Translations under genes and position numbers: made by a program | Notes under the pieces: generated by a model | What the model was told of the DNA's origin: nothing | Databases searched by the model: none | What the model saw: only the letters and a program-made list of their open reading frames with translations | Source: an uncultured bacterium | GTDB taxonomy: Bacteria; Krumholzibacteriota; Krumholzibacteriia; JACNKJ01 | Direction: 5' to 3' | Length of the DNA: 64,000 nucleotides | Assembly (NCBI GenBank): GCA_963695095.1 | Contig: CAVOFT010000001.1 | Location: 2,528,001 to 2,592,000, forward strand | In this document: positions 7,207 through 17,437 of the stretch, piece after piece | How positions within the stretch are numbered: the first letter of the stretch is position 1 | Layout of the letters: each line of letters opens with the position of its first letter

Positions 7207-9439
7207 GGCCGCTCGCGCCCGCGGCGGGCAGGGGAGCGTCTTCCGCCGGACAGCCCTGCAGCACCAGCAGGGTGCAGTCGTCGTCGGGTTCGCCGGTGGC
7301 GCTGAAGCGGGCGAGATCCGCCAGCAGGTCCGCGATCACCGTCTCCGGCTCACCGTTCGAACGGCTGAGCGACTCGGCCAGACGGCTATCGGAATACTGC
7401 TCGCCGCGGCCGTTCTCGGTCTCGCTGACGCCATCGGTGAAGCAGACCAGGCGATCGCCGTCCCCGAAGGGGATGCTGTAGGTGGCAAAGGGCAAGCCGG
7501 GAAAGGCTCCCAGGACGAGGCCGCCCTCCTGCAGCGGCACGGTATGGCCGTTGGCGCGCGTGAGCAGGGGCGCCGGATGACCCGCGGAGGCGTAGTCCAG
7601 CACGCCCTCTGCGCAGTGCAGGCGACCCAGCCAGAGCGTGATGAAGCGATCGCGGGGGGTGTTCTCGTACATGATCTGATTGAGCTCCCGCAAGACCTCG
7701 CCCGGCGGCTGCGCGCGCCGGATGATGCTGCGGAAGGAAGCCTGCAGGGCCGCCATCAGCATGGCGGCGGGCATGCCCTTGCCCGAGACGTCGGCGATGA
7801 CGAAGTAGAGCTCGCGCTCGGTCTCGTGCCAGTCGTAGTAGTCGCCCCCCACCTGCCGGCTCGGGCGGCTGTGGCCGTGCAGGCGCAGGCCGGGCAGGCT
7901 CGGCTTCACCGTGGGCAGGAGCCCCAGCTGGATGCGATAGGCCAGCTGCATCTCCTCCTCGAGCAGGCGCTTGTCCAGGAGTTCGCTGAGCAGGGCCAGG
8001 TTGCGCAGGGTCGAGGTGAGCTGGCCGCCCAGCAGGATCAGGTGCTCGCGCTCCGCGCCGCGCAGGGCGCCGCCGGCCTCGCGGGGACCCAGGAGCAGGA
8101 GCCCCCGACAGCCGCCCTCGTCCACCAGCGCGAGCACCTGCTCCCAGGCCGGCGCTGCGGGCGGCTCCGGCAGGCTGTTGCGGTGGCACCAGGCGCGGAA
8201 CTCCCGCCATCTCAGCGGTTCGGTCAGCAGGCGCAGCAGCTCCTGCTGGCCGCCGAGGTCGAGAAACCACTCGGGGTCGGGCTCGGCGTCCTCGGCCCGC
8301 GGGCACTGCCAGACGAGCAGGCGGCTGCGGTCGACATGGAAGATGTCCCGCAGCACCGGCGCCAGGGCCGCCTCCACTTCCTCGCGCTCGCTGACGTCGC
8401 CCAGGCGGGCGCCCAGCCGGCGCAGGGCGTCGCGGCGGGGATCGCCGCTGTGGCCGAAGAAGAGGCGATCGAGCAGCTCTTCCACCCGGGTGAGCAGAGG
8501 TTGGAACAGGATGATCGCGAAGACGGTGAGGCCCGCTTCGAACAGCGCCCCCAGATTGCCCAGGTAGGCCGTGAAGAGGGCCTGGAAGCGGCCGAGCAGG
8601 AACAGGTACAGCAGCGCCAGCAGGAGCGAGACCGCCACGTCCATCACGCCGCGGCGGGCGAGCAGGCGGATGCGCAGGAAGCGGTGCCGAATGGCCGCAT
8701 AGGCCACCACGGCGCTGGAGAGGATCATCGAGGCGGCCAGCAGGTGAGGCTTCAGCGTGGCCGAGGGCGCGCCGCCCAGGAAGACCGGCAGCGCCTCGGC
8801 GATCAGATAGCCCGTCAGCGGCAGCGCGAAACCCAGGGTGAGAAAGAGCCGCTGCCGGCGGAGGTTGATGCCCCGGCGCAGTTCCTCGCTGCGGGCGAGC
8901 AGCACGAGCGCAGTGAGCCCCATGAGCAGGTTGACGCCGGGAAAGAGCAGCGCATGCACCGAGACACCGAGCGACCAGATGGTGTCCAGCGCCGACAGCC
9001 GCCCGCCCAGGCGCGTGGCGGTCTCCTGCACCGGCCCCAGGAAGGCCGAGGGCTCCACCCGCCGCACGGAGAGGATGAGCAGCAGGTGCACGACGTGAGG
9101 CAGGTAGAGCAGGGCAGGCAGCACGCGCAAGCGATCGAGGATGGCGCGGCGGCGAGGAAAGACGAGGCTGAAGAGCAGCAGGGTGGGGAAGAAGAATTCC
9201 CAGGTGTAGGAGAAGCGATCCAGGAAACCGCCGAGCAGGAGGATCTGCCCCTCGTCGCTCTTGGGCTGCACCAGGCCGACGCCGGCCAGGATCGGGGCGA
9301 TGCCCCCGAAGAAGAGCATGAAGGCGACGACGCGATGGAGCTGCTCGCTGCCGAAACGCCGCAGGAGCCCCAGGCCCCAGACGAGCATCAAGGACCCAGC
9401 TACAAAGTAGATGAGCGGCAGGAAGCTGTCAGGAGCCAT
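7196..9439 (-). CDS. Membrane-bound PP2C/SpoIIE phosphatase (RsbU-like) with N-terminal multi-TM and GAF-like regions
   Basis: VGGDYYD, IADVSGKG, FTDGVSE, DDCT. Confidence 0.9.
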   Translation of the reverse strand: MAPDSFLPLIYFVAGSLMLVWGLGLLRRFGSEQLHRVVAFMLFFGGIAPILAGVGLVQPKSDEGQILLLGGFLDRFSYTWEFFFPTLLLFSLVFPRRRAILDRLRVLPALLYLPHVVHLLLILSVRRVEPSAFLGPVQETATRLGGRLSALDTIWSLGVSVHALLFPGVNLLMGLTALVLLARSEELRRGINLRRQRLFLTLGFALPLTGYLIAEALPVFLGGAPSATLKPHLLAASMILSSAVVAYAAIRHRFLRIRLLARRGVMDVAVSLLLALLYLFLLGRFQALFTAYLGNLGALFEAGLTVFAIILFQPLLTRVEELLDRLFFGHSGDPRRDALRRLGARLGDVSEREEVEAALAPVLRDIFHVDRSRLLVWQCPRAEDAEPDPEWFLDLGGQQELLRLLTEPLRWREFRAWCHRNSLPEPPAAPAWEQVLALVDEGGCRGLLLLGPREAGGALRGAEREHLILLGGQLTSTLRNLALLSELLDKRLLEEEMQLAYRIQLGLLPTVKPSLPGLRLHGHSRPSRQVGGDYYDWHETERELYFVIADVSGKGMPAAMLMAALQASFRSIIRRAQPPGEVLRELNQIMYENTPRDRFITLWLGRLHCAEGVLDYASAGHPAPLLTRANGHTVPLQEGGLVLGAFPGLPFATYSIPFGDGDRLVCFTDGVSETENGRGEQYSDSRLAESLSRSNGEPETVIADLLADLARFSATGEPDDDCTLLVLQGCPAEDAPLPAAGASGHAH

Positions 9440-9462
9440 CCCTGTCTCCCCGGCCGGCTGCT

Positions 9463-9924
9463 CTAGTCAGAGGGCGCGCCTGGGCCCACCGACTTCTCCA
9501 ACTCGATGACAAACCGCCCGGCCTCATCCCGCCTGACGCGCACGTCGTCCATGATCTCCCGCATGATGAAGATGCCCCGCCCACGCGCACCCAGGAAGGA
9601 GGGATCGTCCGGCGCCGGCGCCGGCAGGCGCAGGCGCTCTTCCGTGAAGCCGGGGCCGCCGTCCGTCACCGCGATGCGGAAGCTAGAGTCGCTGAGGCCG
9701 AGTTCCACCGCCACGCGCAGGGCAGGGCTGAAGCGATTGCCGTGTTCGATGGCATTGCTGACGGCCTCGATGCTGGCGATGGAGATCTGATCGAGCTCCG
9801 CATCGCTCCACTCCAGCGCCTGGCCGATTTCCTGCAAGGCAGCGTTGATCACACCCAGCCAGCGGAAATCGCTGGGCAAGTCCCAGCGCAGGACGTCGAC
9901 GCTGCCGTTCGTGCTCGCGCTCAT
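9463..9924 (-). CDS. Anti-sigma factor Ser kinase (RsbW-like)
   Basis: EAVSNAIEHGN, DGGPGF, GRGIFIMREIMD. Confidence 0.9.
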   Translation of the reverse strand: MSASTNGSVDVLRWDLPSDFRWLGVINAALQEIGQALEWSDAELDQISIASIEAVSNAIEHGNRFSPALRVAVELGLSDSSFRIAVTDGGPGFTEERLRLPAPAPDDPSFLGARGRGIFIMREIMDDVRVRRDEAGRFVIELEKSVGPGAPSD

Positions 9925-9970
9925 GCGGTTGCTCCTGGCGCTCGGGTCCGCGCGCCGGCCACGGTCGTCC

Positions 9971-10312
9971 TCAGGAAACGAAGCTCGCCAGAGCCTCTTC
10001 CTCGCTCTCGTAGCTCTCGAAGATGCCGGCCAGCTTGGTGACCATCAGGATCGACTCGATGCGGCCGGAGATGTTGGCCAGCTTGAACTGCCCACCGGCG
10101 TCCTGCACCGAGGTGTAGCCGGCGATCAGGATGCCCAAGCCCGTGCTGTTGATCCAGCTCACCTTGCCCAGGTTGACGAGGATCTGCTTCTTCCCCTGAC
10201 CGATGTGGTTCTTCACCAGCTCATGGAAGGTGTCGGCGTCCGGGCCGCCCATCACCTGACCGCTGATGTCGAAGACCACCACCTGCCCCGCCTCGCGCGT
10301 CTTGACCTTCAT
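9971..10312 (-). CDS. STAS anti-anti-sigma factor (RsbV-like)
   Basis: Start MKVK overlaps the rluD stop (ATGA); WINSTGLG phospho-site motif. Confidence 0.9.
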   Translation of the reverse strand: MKVKTREAGQVVVFDISGQVMGGPDADTFHELVKNHIGQGKKQILVNLGKVSWINSTGLGILIAGYTSVQDAGGQFKLANISGRIESILMVTKLAGIFESYESEEEALASFVS

Positions 10313-11316
10313 CCAGCCACTCCTTGTTCGTCTGGCGTCGGGCGCGCGCACCCCAGGAGCTCCAGGGCGGCGCGCATGTCGGGCGGCAGCGCGGCCGTGA
10401 AGACCTGCGGCTCGCCACTGAACGGGTGAACGAAGCTGAGCCGCCAGGCGTGCAAGGCCTGGCGGGCGAGCAAAGCCAGCAGCCTGCGCAATCGCTCGCG
10501 CTCGTCGCGGCTCTCCCCCTCGGCGCGGCCGCGCCGGCCGCCGTAGAGGGGATCGCCCAGCACCGGATGGCCGCCATGCGCCAAGTGGACCCGGATCTGG
10601 TGCGTGCGCCCCGTCTCAAGCTCCAAGCGAATATACTCGAAGCCCGCAAGACTGTCTATGCGCCAGTAGCGCGTGCGGGCCGGCCGGCCCCCCGCCGGCA
10701 GCACGGCCATTCGCTTGCGGTTGCGCGGGTCGCGGCCGATGGCCCCGCCCAGTTCGCCCGCGGCGGCCGGCAGCTGTCCCCAGACCAGCGCGAGGTACTC
10801 GCGCTTCACTTCCCGCGCCGCGATCATCGCCGTCAGCCGCCGATGCGCGCCATCGGTCTTGGCGACGAGCAGCAGGCCGCTGGTGTCCTTGTCCAGCCGG
10901 TGCACGATGCCCGGCCGCAGGCGATCGCCGATGCCGGCCAGGCCCTCGAGATGGTAGAGGAGCGCATGCACCAGCGTGCCCTCGCGGTGGCCGGGCGCCG
11001 GGTGCACGACGAGCCCGGCCGGCTTGTCGATCACCGCGAGATGCTCGTCCTGGTAGAGAAGCTTGAGGGGAATCGGCTCCGGGGCGAGGTCCAGGGGCAG
11101 CGGAGCCGGCAGGCGCAGGCAGAGGCGCTCGCCGCCCTTCAGGATCTCGCCTGGACGGCCGAGCCGGTCGCCCAGGCTGACGGCCCCTTCGCGCACCAGG
11201 CGCGCCAGGGCGCTGCGGCTGCGCTCGGGCACCGCGGCCGCCAGGAAGCGATCCAGGCGCTGGCCCGCCGCCGCCGCCGGGACCGTGAAGCGCCGCTCCT
11301 CGCCGCCGGCGCCCAT
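10309..11316 (-). CDS. rluD: RluA/RluD family pseudouridine synthase
   Basis: S4 domain RLDRFL, KPAGLVVHP, HRLDKDTSG, TGRTHQIRVH. Confidence 0.92.
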   Translation of the reverse strand: MGAGGEERRFTVPAAAAGQRLDRFLAAAVPERSRSALARLVREGAVSLGDRLGRPGEILKGGERLCLRLPAPLPLDLAPEPIPLKLLYQDEHLAVIDKPAGLVVHPAPGHREGTLVHALLYHLEGLAGIGDRLRPGIVHRLDKDTSGLLLVAKTDGAHRRLTAMIAAREVKREYLALVWGQLPAAAGELGGAIGRDPRNRKRMAVLPAGGRPARTRYWRIDSLAGFEYIRLELETGRTHQIRVHLAHGGHPVLGDPLYGGRRGRAEGESRDERERLRRLLALLARQALHAWRLSFVHPFSGEPQVFTAALPPDMRAALELLGCARPTPDEQGVAG

Positions 11317-11323
11317 CGCGGCC

Positions 11324-11818
11324 CTAGCCGCCGTCGGCCGGCAGCGCCGCGACGGGCGGGTCGGTCCGCATCAGCGTGAAGACGATGAGCAGGGCGCCGA
11401 TGCTGATCGCCGCGTCCGCCACGTTGAAGACGTACCAGTGCCTGCCCGCCAGGCTGAGGTCGATGAAGTCGATGACCTGGCCGCTGCCGCGCAGGCGGTC
11501 GATGAGATTGCCCATCGCGCCGCCGAAGACGAGAGCCAGGGGCAGCACGAGCCGCGCGGGCTGGCCGCGGCCGAGCAGACCGAGAATGACGACGAGCGCC
11601 GCCAGCTTGATGGCGATGAAGGCTCCCCGCGCCCCCGCGAAGAGACCGAAGGCCGCCCCCGGGTTGTCCACCCGCGTGATGCGCAGCATGCCCCCCAGAT
11701 AGTGGGCCTGCCAGAGGCCGGCCGTCACCAGGTACTTGGTGAGCAGATCGGCGGCGAGCACCGCCAGGACGGCGGCCAGGAAGAGCCCCCAGTCGGTGCT
11801 AGGCCTTGTCGAGCTCAA
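11324..11818 (-). CDS. lspA: Lipoprotein signal peptidase
   Basis: NPGAAFG, GNLIDR, VIDFI, FNVAD. Confidence 0.95.
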   Translation of the reverse strand: MSSTRPSTDWGLFLAAVLAVLAADLLTKYLVTAGLWQAHYLGGMLRITRVDNPGAAFGLFAGARGAFIAIKLAALVVILGLLGRGQPARLVLPLALVFGGAMGNLIDRLRGSGQVIDFIDLSLAGRHWYVFNVADAAISIGALLIVFTLMRTDPPVAALPADGG

Positions 11819-14800
11819 CCGTCACCTCCTCGTCGCCGAGCTGGTAGCTCTCGCGGTGGCCGCCGCCGCTAAGGCCCTCGGCGACGGAAAGGGCCAGCAG
11901 GTCCTCGGCCAGGCGCTCGCCGTGCTCAGCGAGCGTGGCGCGCGTCAGCTCCCCGCCGGCCCAGCGCAGGTGGATGCGGTCGGAAACCACGAGCCCGGCG
12001 CTCTTGCGCAGGTTCTGCAGGCGGTTGATCAGCTCGCGCAGGTGGCCCTCCCGGGCCAGCGCGGGGTCGATCGTGAGGGCGAGCGCGCCGGCCAGGGGCC
12101 CCTCCATGCCGACGGCGAAGTCCCCCAGCGGCTCGACGAGAAAGTCCAGCTCCTCGCGGGCGAGCGTGAAGCCCTGGCCCTGGGCGCTGACCGTCAGGTT
12201 CCCCTCGCGGTAGCCGGCGAGCACCGCCGCGGGCGGCAGGGCCGCCAGCGCCGCGGCAACGGCCTTCATCGCCCCACCCAGGCGCGGCCCGAGCACCTTG
12301 AAGCGCGGCTTGACGACGAAGCGCATGCGCTCGCCCGGGTCGGCGAGCAGGGACACCGCCTTGACGTTCAGCTCGTCGAGAATCAAGTCCTCGAGCTGCG
12401 GATCGGCCAGCACGCGCTCGAGCCCGGCACCGCCGCCCGCGACGGCGAAGCTCGCCAGGGGCTGCCGCGTGCGCTGCCCCGAGAGGTTGCGCAGGGTGCG
12501 GCCCAGGCCCACCACGGCGAGCACGCTGGCCATCGCCTCCTCGAGCGCCGGGTCCCGCCGCTCGCTCTGCGCGCGCGGGAAGGCCGCCAGGTGCACGCTC
12601 GCCGGCTCATCGCCCCCCAGCTCCAGCCCGTGGAGGCCGCGGTAGATCGCCTCGCTGAGGAAGGGCACGAAGGGCGCAGCCAGGCGGCTGACGCCCTCGA
12701 GCACTCCCCAGAGCGTCTCGTAAGCGCCCGCCTTGTCGGCCGTCATCGCGCCCTTCCAGAAGCGGCGGCGGCTGCGGCGCACGTACCAGTTGCTCAGCTC
12801 CTCGTTGACGAACTCGCAGAGCGCCTTGGCGGCGCGCGTCAGATCGAGGGCGTCGAGGGCCGCCCGCATCTCGGCGACCAGGGCCTCGTAGCGCGAGCGC
12901 AGCCAGCGGTCGAGCAGGTTGAAGGCCGGCTCGCTGCTGCCCGGGGTCCAGCCGTCGAGCGTCGCGTAGCCCGTCAGGAAGGCGTAGGTGTTGCGCAGGG
13001 TGCCCAGCGTCTTCGCGTTCATCTCGCGCGGGCCGCCGGTGTCGAACTTGAGCGCCGTCCACAGGGGCCCGGCCGTGACCATGTACAGGCGGATGGCGTC
13101 CGCCCCCTCGCTGTCGAGCAGAGCGAAGGGATCGACGCGATTGCCGAGGGACTTGCTCATCTTCTTGCCCTGCAGGTCCACCACGTGGCCGCTGACCAGC
13201 ACGCGCTTGTAGGGCGCCTGGCCGCGCAGGAAGACGCCGAGGGCCAGCAGGCTGTAGAACCAGCCGCGCGACTGGTCGACGGCCTCGCAGATGAAGTCCG
13301 CCGGGAACTGGCCCTCGAAGCGCTCCTTGTTCTCGAAAGGATAGTGCCACTGGGCATAGGGCATGGCCCCCGAATCGAACCAGGCGTCGATGACGTCGGG
13401 CACGCGGCGCAGGCGGACGCCGGTCTCGGGGTGGATGAGCTCGATGTCGTCCACGAAGGGCTTGTGGGGATCGATGCGCTCCGGTAGTGGCTCCGCCGCC
13501 AGCGCGCGCAGCTCGGCGAAGCTGCCCACGCAGAGGCTCTGCCGGCCGTCCTCGCTCTGCCAGACGGGCAAGGGCGTGCCCCAGTAGCGGCTGCGCGAGA
13601 GCGCCCAGTCGATGTTGCCCTTGAGCCAGTCGCCGAAGCGCTTCTCGCCCATCTCGGGCGGCACCCAGTCGACGGCGGCGTTGGCGGCCAGGAAGCGATC
13701 GCGCAGCGCCGTGGTGCGGATGAACCAGGCCGGCTGCGCATAGTAGATGAGCGGCCCGTGGTCGCGCCAGCAGTGCGGGTAGCTGTGCCGCACCGTGGCG
13801 CGGGCGAAGACCAGGCCGCGCGCCGTCAGGTCCTTGATGATGGGCGGGTCGGCGGCCTTGAAGTCGAGGCCGGCGAAGGGCGTCGCGGCCGGGCGCACCT
13901 TGCCGTCGGGGCCGACGAGGTCGATCATCGCGAGCTTGTGCACGCGGGCGGCCTCGTAGTCGTCGGCGCCGTAGGCCGGGGCGATGTGCACGAGGCCCGT
14001 GCCGTCCTCGGCGCTGACGAACTCCGCGAGGATCACCTGGGCGATCACCGTGCCCGGCGCCGCGGGCGCATGGTCGTAGAGGCGCTGGTAGCGCCAGCCG
14101 GCCATCTCGGCGCCCTTCATGCGCCACAGCTCGTAGGCGGGACGATCGCCGATCACGGCGGCCACGCGGTCGGCGGCCAGGATCACCGACTCCGCCTCGG
14201 CCCTGTCGGTGCCGGCCAGGCGCAGCTTGACGTAGGTCAGCTCCGGGTGCACGGCGACGGCCACGTTGGACAGCAGGGTCCAGGGCGTCGTCGTCCAGAC
14301 GAGCAAGCTGCCGTCCTCGTGCTCGAGCGGGAAGCGCAGGGTGAGCGAGGGATCCTCGACCTCGGCGTAGCCCTGGGCCACCTCATGGCTCGAGTACACG
14401 GTGCCCAGGCGCGGATTGTAGGGCATCACCTTGTGCCCGCTATAGATGAGCCCCGCATCCCAGAGCTGCTTGAGCGCCCACCAGACGGACTCCACGTACT
14501 CGTCGCTGCAGGTGATGTAGGGCTCATCGAGATCCAGCCAGTAGCCGATGCGCCGGGTCAGCTCTCGCCACTCGCGCTCGTAGCGGAAGACGCTCTCGCG
14601 GCAGGCCGCATTGAAGGCCTCGATGCCGTAGGCCTCGATGTCGGCCTTGGTCGAGAGGCCGAGCGCCTTCTGCACCTCGAGCTCGACGGCGAGCCCGTGC
14701 GTGTCCCAGCCCGCCTTGCGCAGGACGAAGTGGCCGTCCATCGCCTTGTAGCGGCAGACGGCGTCCTTCGCCAGGCGCGTGATGATGTGGTGCACGCCCG

Positions 14801-14984
14801 GATGGCCGTTGGCCGTCGGCGGCCCCTCGTAGAAGATGAAGTGCGGCTTCGCCTGCTCTTCGGCCTGGCTCTGGGTGCGCGCGAAGAGCTGGGCCGCCTC
14901 CCAGTAGGCGCTCACCGCGCGCTCGAGGTCGGCGGGGGCCTTGGCCAGCACCGGATAGCGCGGACGGGTACCTTGCTCGCTCAT
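11799..14984 (-). CDS. ileS: Isoleucine--tRNA ligase, type 2
   Basis: FYEGPPTANG-PGVHH, WTTTPWT, SRSRYWGTPLP, KMSKS, RELINRLQNLRK type-2 C-terminus. Confidence 0.97.
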   Translation of the reverse strand: MSEQGTRPRYPVLAKAPADLERAVSAYWEAAQLFARTQSQAEEQAKPHFIFYEGPPTANGHPGVHHIITRLAKDAVCRYKAMDGHFVLRKAGWDTHGLAVELEVQKALGLSTKADIEAYGIEAFNAACRESVFRYEREWRELTRRIGYWLDLDEPYITCSDEYVESVWWALKQLWDAGLIYSGHKVMPYNPRLGTVYSSHEVAQGYAEVEDPSLTLRFPLEHEDGSLLVWTTTPWTLLSNVAVAVHPELTYVKLRLAGTDRAEAESVILAADRVAAVIGDRPAYELWRMKGAEMAGWRYQRLYDHAPAAPGTVIAQVILAEFVSAEDGTGLVHIAPAYGADDYEAARVHKLAMIDLVGPDGKVRPAATPFAGLDFKAADPPIIKDLTARGLVFARATVRHSYPHCWRDHGPLIYYAQPAWFIRTTALRDRFLAANAAVDWVPPEMGEKRFGDWLKGNIDWALSRSRYWGTPLPVWQSEDGRQSLCVGSFAELRALAAEPLPERIDPHKPFVDDIELIHPETGVRLRRVPDVIDAWFDSGAMPYAQWHYPFENKERFEGQFPADFICEAVDQSRGWFYSLLALGVFLRGQAPYKRVLVSGHVVDLQGKKMSKSLGNRVDPFALLDSEGADAIRLYMVTAGPLWTALKFDTGGPREMNAKTLGTLRNTYAFLTGYATLDGWTPGSSEPAFNLLDRWLRSRYEALVAEMRAALDALDLTRAAKALCEFVNEELSNWYVRRSRRRFWKGAMTADKAGAYETLWGVLEGVSRLAAPFVPFLSEAIYRGLHGLELGGDEPASVHLAAFPRAQSERRDPALEEAMASVLAVVGLGRTLRNLSGQRTRQPLASFAVAGGGAGLERVLADPQLEDLILDELNVKAVSLLADPGERMRFVVKPRFKVLGPRLGGAMKAVAAALAALPPAAVLAGYREGNLTVSAQGQGFTLAREELDFLVEPLGDFAVGMEGPLAGALALTIDPALAREGHLRELINRLQNLRKSAGLVVSDRIHLRWAGGELTRATLAEHGERLAEDLLALSVAEGLSGGGHRESYQLGDEEVTVELDKA

Positions 14985-15826
14985 GGGTCCATTCCTTGGG
15001 ATCGGGGCAAGCGCTCGAGAAAGGCCATGATGAGCGCCTCGAGCTGGGGCCGCGCGGCGCCCGCAGCGGCGAGGATGGCCGGCACGTCCACCGGCTCCAG
15101 CGCCTCGGGGTCGCAGAGGTCCGTCACCACGGCCAGGCCCAGCACGCGCATGCCCATGTGCACGGCGGCCAGGGTCTCGGGCACCATGCTCATGCCGACG
15201 AGATCGGCGCCGATCCGCCGCAGGAAGCGGTACTCGGCCGCCGTCTCCAGGTTGGGCCCCGCCACCGCGGCCAGCACGCCTTCGCTCAGGGGGATGCCGA
15301 GGCCGGTCGCCGCCTCGGCGGCGAGCCGCCGCCAGGCCGGCGTGTAGGGCGCCGAGAAATCGGGAAAGCGCGGGCCGAGGCGCTCGTCGTTGGGGCCGAT
15401 GAGGGGGTTGTCCCCCATCAGGTTGATGTGGTCGCTGACGGCCACGATCGCCGAGCGCGCCAGATCCGGCGCCAGGCCCCCCACCGCGCTGGTGACGACG
15501 AGCCCCCGAGCGCCCAGCAGGCGCAGGGTGCGCAAGGGGTGCACCACCTGGCCCATGCTGTGGCCCTCATAGTAGTGCAAGCGTCCGGCGAGGACGGCCA
15601 GGCGCAGACCGGCGAGGCGCCCGAAAGTCAGGGTGCCGGCATGGAAATCCACGGTGGAGGCCGCGAAGCCCGGGACCTCGGCGAAGGGGATGCTGAAGCC
15701 GCCTTCCAGGCGCTCCGTTAGGCCGTCGAGCCCCGAGCCCAGGATGACGACCAGCTCGGGATCGGGCGCGCCGGCCCGCCGCAGGAAGTCGGCGGAGGCC
15801 TGGAGGGAGACGTACAGATCGCTCAT
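14981..15826 (-). CDS. Purine nucleoside phosphorylase (trimeric family)
   Basis: ILGSGL, GRLHYYEG, GPNLETAAE, VGMS; start set at MSDLY. Confidence 0.92.
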   Translation of the reverse strand: MSDLYVSLQASADFLRRAGAPDPELVVILGSGLDGLTERLEGGFSIPFAEVPGFAASTVDFHAGTLTFGRLAGLRLAVLAGRLHYYEGHSMGQVVHPLRTLRLLGARGLVVTSAVGGLAPDLARSAIVAVSDHINLMGDNPLIGPNDERLGPRFPDFSAPYTPAWRRLAAEAATGLGIPLSEGVLAAVAGPNLETAAEYRFLRRIGADLVGMSMVPETLAAVHMGMRVLGLAVVTDLCDPEALEPVDVPAILAAAGAARPQLEALIMAFLERLPRSQGMDP

Positions 15827-15939
15827 GTCGCGCTCGTGTTCGGGGCGTGGGGTTGGGTCCGCTGCCGGGAGGCGCTCGGGAGCGCGGCCGCCGCGGTGGC
15901 CGACTAAGGCCCGGAATCTAGACCACTTGGCGGGTGGAT

Positions 15940-16659
15940 TCAAGCATCCATCGGGCCGAAGAGGGCCCGGCCGATGCGCAGCAGCGTGGCCCCCTCTTCG
16001 ATGGCGATCTCGAAGTCCCCGCTCATGCCCATCGACAGCTCCCCCAGCGGCAGCCGGGGCAGGTCGCGCGCCACGAGGCGCGCCCGCAGCGCTGCGAGCA
16101 TGCGAAAGCTCTCGCGGGCGCCGGCCTCGCCGCCGGCCAGGGGCGCCATCGTCATCAGCCCGCGCACGAGCAGGCCGTCCAGGCTCCCCAGGGAGAGGAC
16201 GAAGTCCTCGGCCGGCGCCAGGGCCAGGCCCGACTTGCTGGCCTCGCCCGAGCAGTTCACCTGTACCAGCACCTGGCAGACCAGCTCGCGCGCGCGCGCC
16301 TTCTCGGCCAGGCGCTGGGCGAGCTCCCAGCTGTCGACGGAGTGGATCAGGTCGAAGCGGCCGAGCACCTTGTTCACCTTGTTGCTCTGCAGGTGGCCGA
16401 CGAGGTGCCAGACGACGTCGGCGGGCAAGGCCTCCAGCTTGGGCAGGGCGTCCTGCACGCGGTTCTCGCCGAACTCGCGCAGGCCGGCCGCGTAGGCGGC
16501 CTCGAGCTGCGCCGGCGTGGCGCTCTTCGTGACGGCGACGAGACGCAGGCCGGCCGGATCCCGCCCCGCGCGGGCGGCGGCCGCCGCGATGCGCGCGCGC
16601 AGGCGGGCCAGGCGCGCGGCCAGCTCCTCGCCGGGAGACGCCTCGCGGGCCTCGCTCAC
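15940..16659 (-). CDS. yggS: PLP homeostasis protein YggS
   Basis: VAVTK, FGENRVQD, GHLQSNK, LSMGMSGDF. Confidence 0.95.
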   Translation of the reverse strand: MSEAREASPGEELAARLARLRARIAAAAARAGRDPAGLRLVAVTKSATPAQLEAAYAAGLREFGENRVQDALPKLEALPADVVWHLVGHLQSNKVNKVLGRFDLIHSVDSWELAQRLAEKARARELVCQVLVQVNCSGEASKSGLALAPAEDFVLSLGSLDGLLVRGLMTMAPLAGGEAGARESFRMLAALRARLVARDLPRLPLGELSMGMSGDFEIAIEEGATLLRIGRALFGPMDA

Positions 16660-17249
16660 GGCTCGACCGGGACCGGCGCCGGTTGCTCGAAGCAGTCGCG
16701 GCAGCGCGGCTCGTAGGCCTCCCCGGCCCCGACCAGCACCCGGCCGGCGCCGGCCGCGATGCGCTGGCTGTGCGAGGCGGGCGCGCCGCAGACCAGGCAG
16801 ACGGCGTGCGTCTTGGTGACCTCCTCCGCCACGGCCATCAGCTGGGGGATGGGCTCGAAGGGTTCGCCGCGATAGTCCATGTCCAGGCCGGCGATGATCA
16901 CGCGCTTGCCCCGGCGCGCCAGCTCGACGGCGAGGGGCACCAGCTCGAGGCCGAGGAACTGGGCCTCGTCGATGCCGATCACCTGGGTTTCCGGCGCGAG
17001 GGCGCGGCGCAGGGCGGCCACGTCGGCCACGGGCGTCGAGGCGACGCGGCGCTCATCGTGGGAGACGATGGCGTCGGCGTCGTAGCGATCGTCGAGGCTG
17101 GGCTTGAAGGCCTGCACCGCCTGGCGGGCGATGGCCGCCCGCCGCAGGCGGCGGATCAGCTCCTCGGACTTGCCGCTGAACATGCCGCCGGCGATGACCT
17201 CGATCCAGCCGGCGTGAAGCGAGCGCAAGCGGGGATGGGCAGGATTCAT
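16656..17249 (-). CDS. tdk: Thymidine kinase
   Basis: GGMFSGKSEEL, IDEAQF, C-terminal Zn cysteines; GGAGGTG RBS before MNPAH. Confidence 0.95.
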   Translation of the reverse strand: MNPAHPRLRSLHAGWIEVIAGGMFSGKSEELIRRLRRAAIARQAVQAFKPSLDDRYDADAIVSHDERRVASTPVADVAALRRALAPETQVIGIDEAQFLGLELVPLAVELARRGKRVIIAGLDMDYRGEPFEPIPQLMAVAEEVTKTHAVCLVCGAPASHSQRIAAGAGRVLVGAGEAYEPRCRDCFEQPAPVPVEP

Positions 17250-17437
17250 CGGCACCTCCGTCACCAGCACTAGCACCGGCGCGGCGGGGATGCAAGGGGC
17301 GGCGGGGGGCCGCAGCCCAGCCTGTTCGCGCCCCCCCGGCATTGCGCTCGCGCCCGCGAGGCCCCATTCTGGAGGAGTCGCCGCCGGCCGCCCTCGGCCC
17401 GCGGGCGCAGCCCGTCCCTTCCACGCTGGAGATGCTC

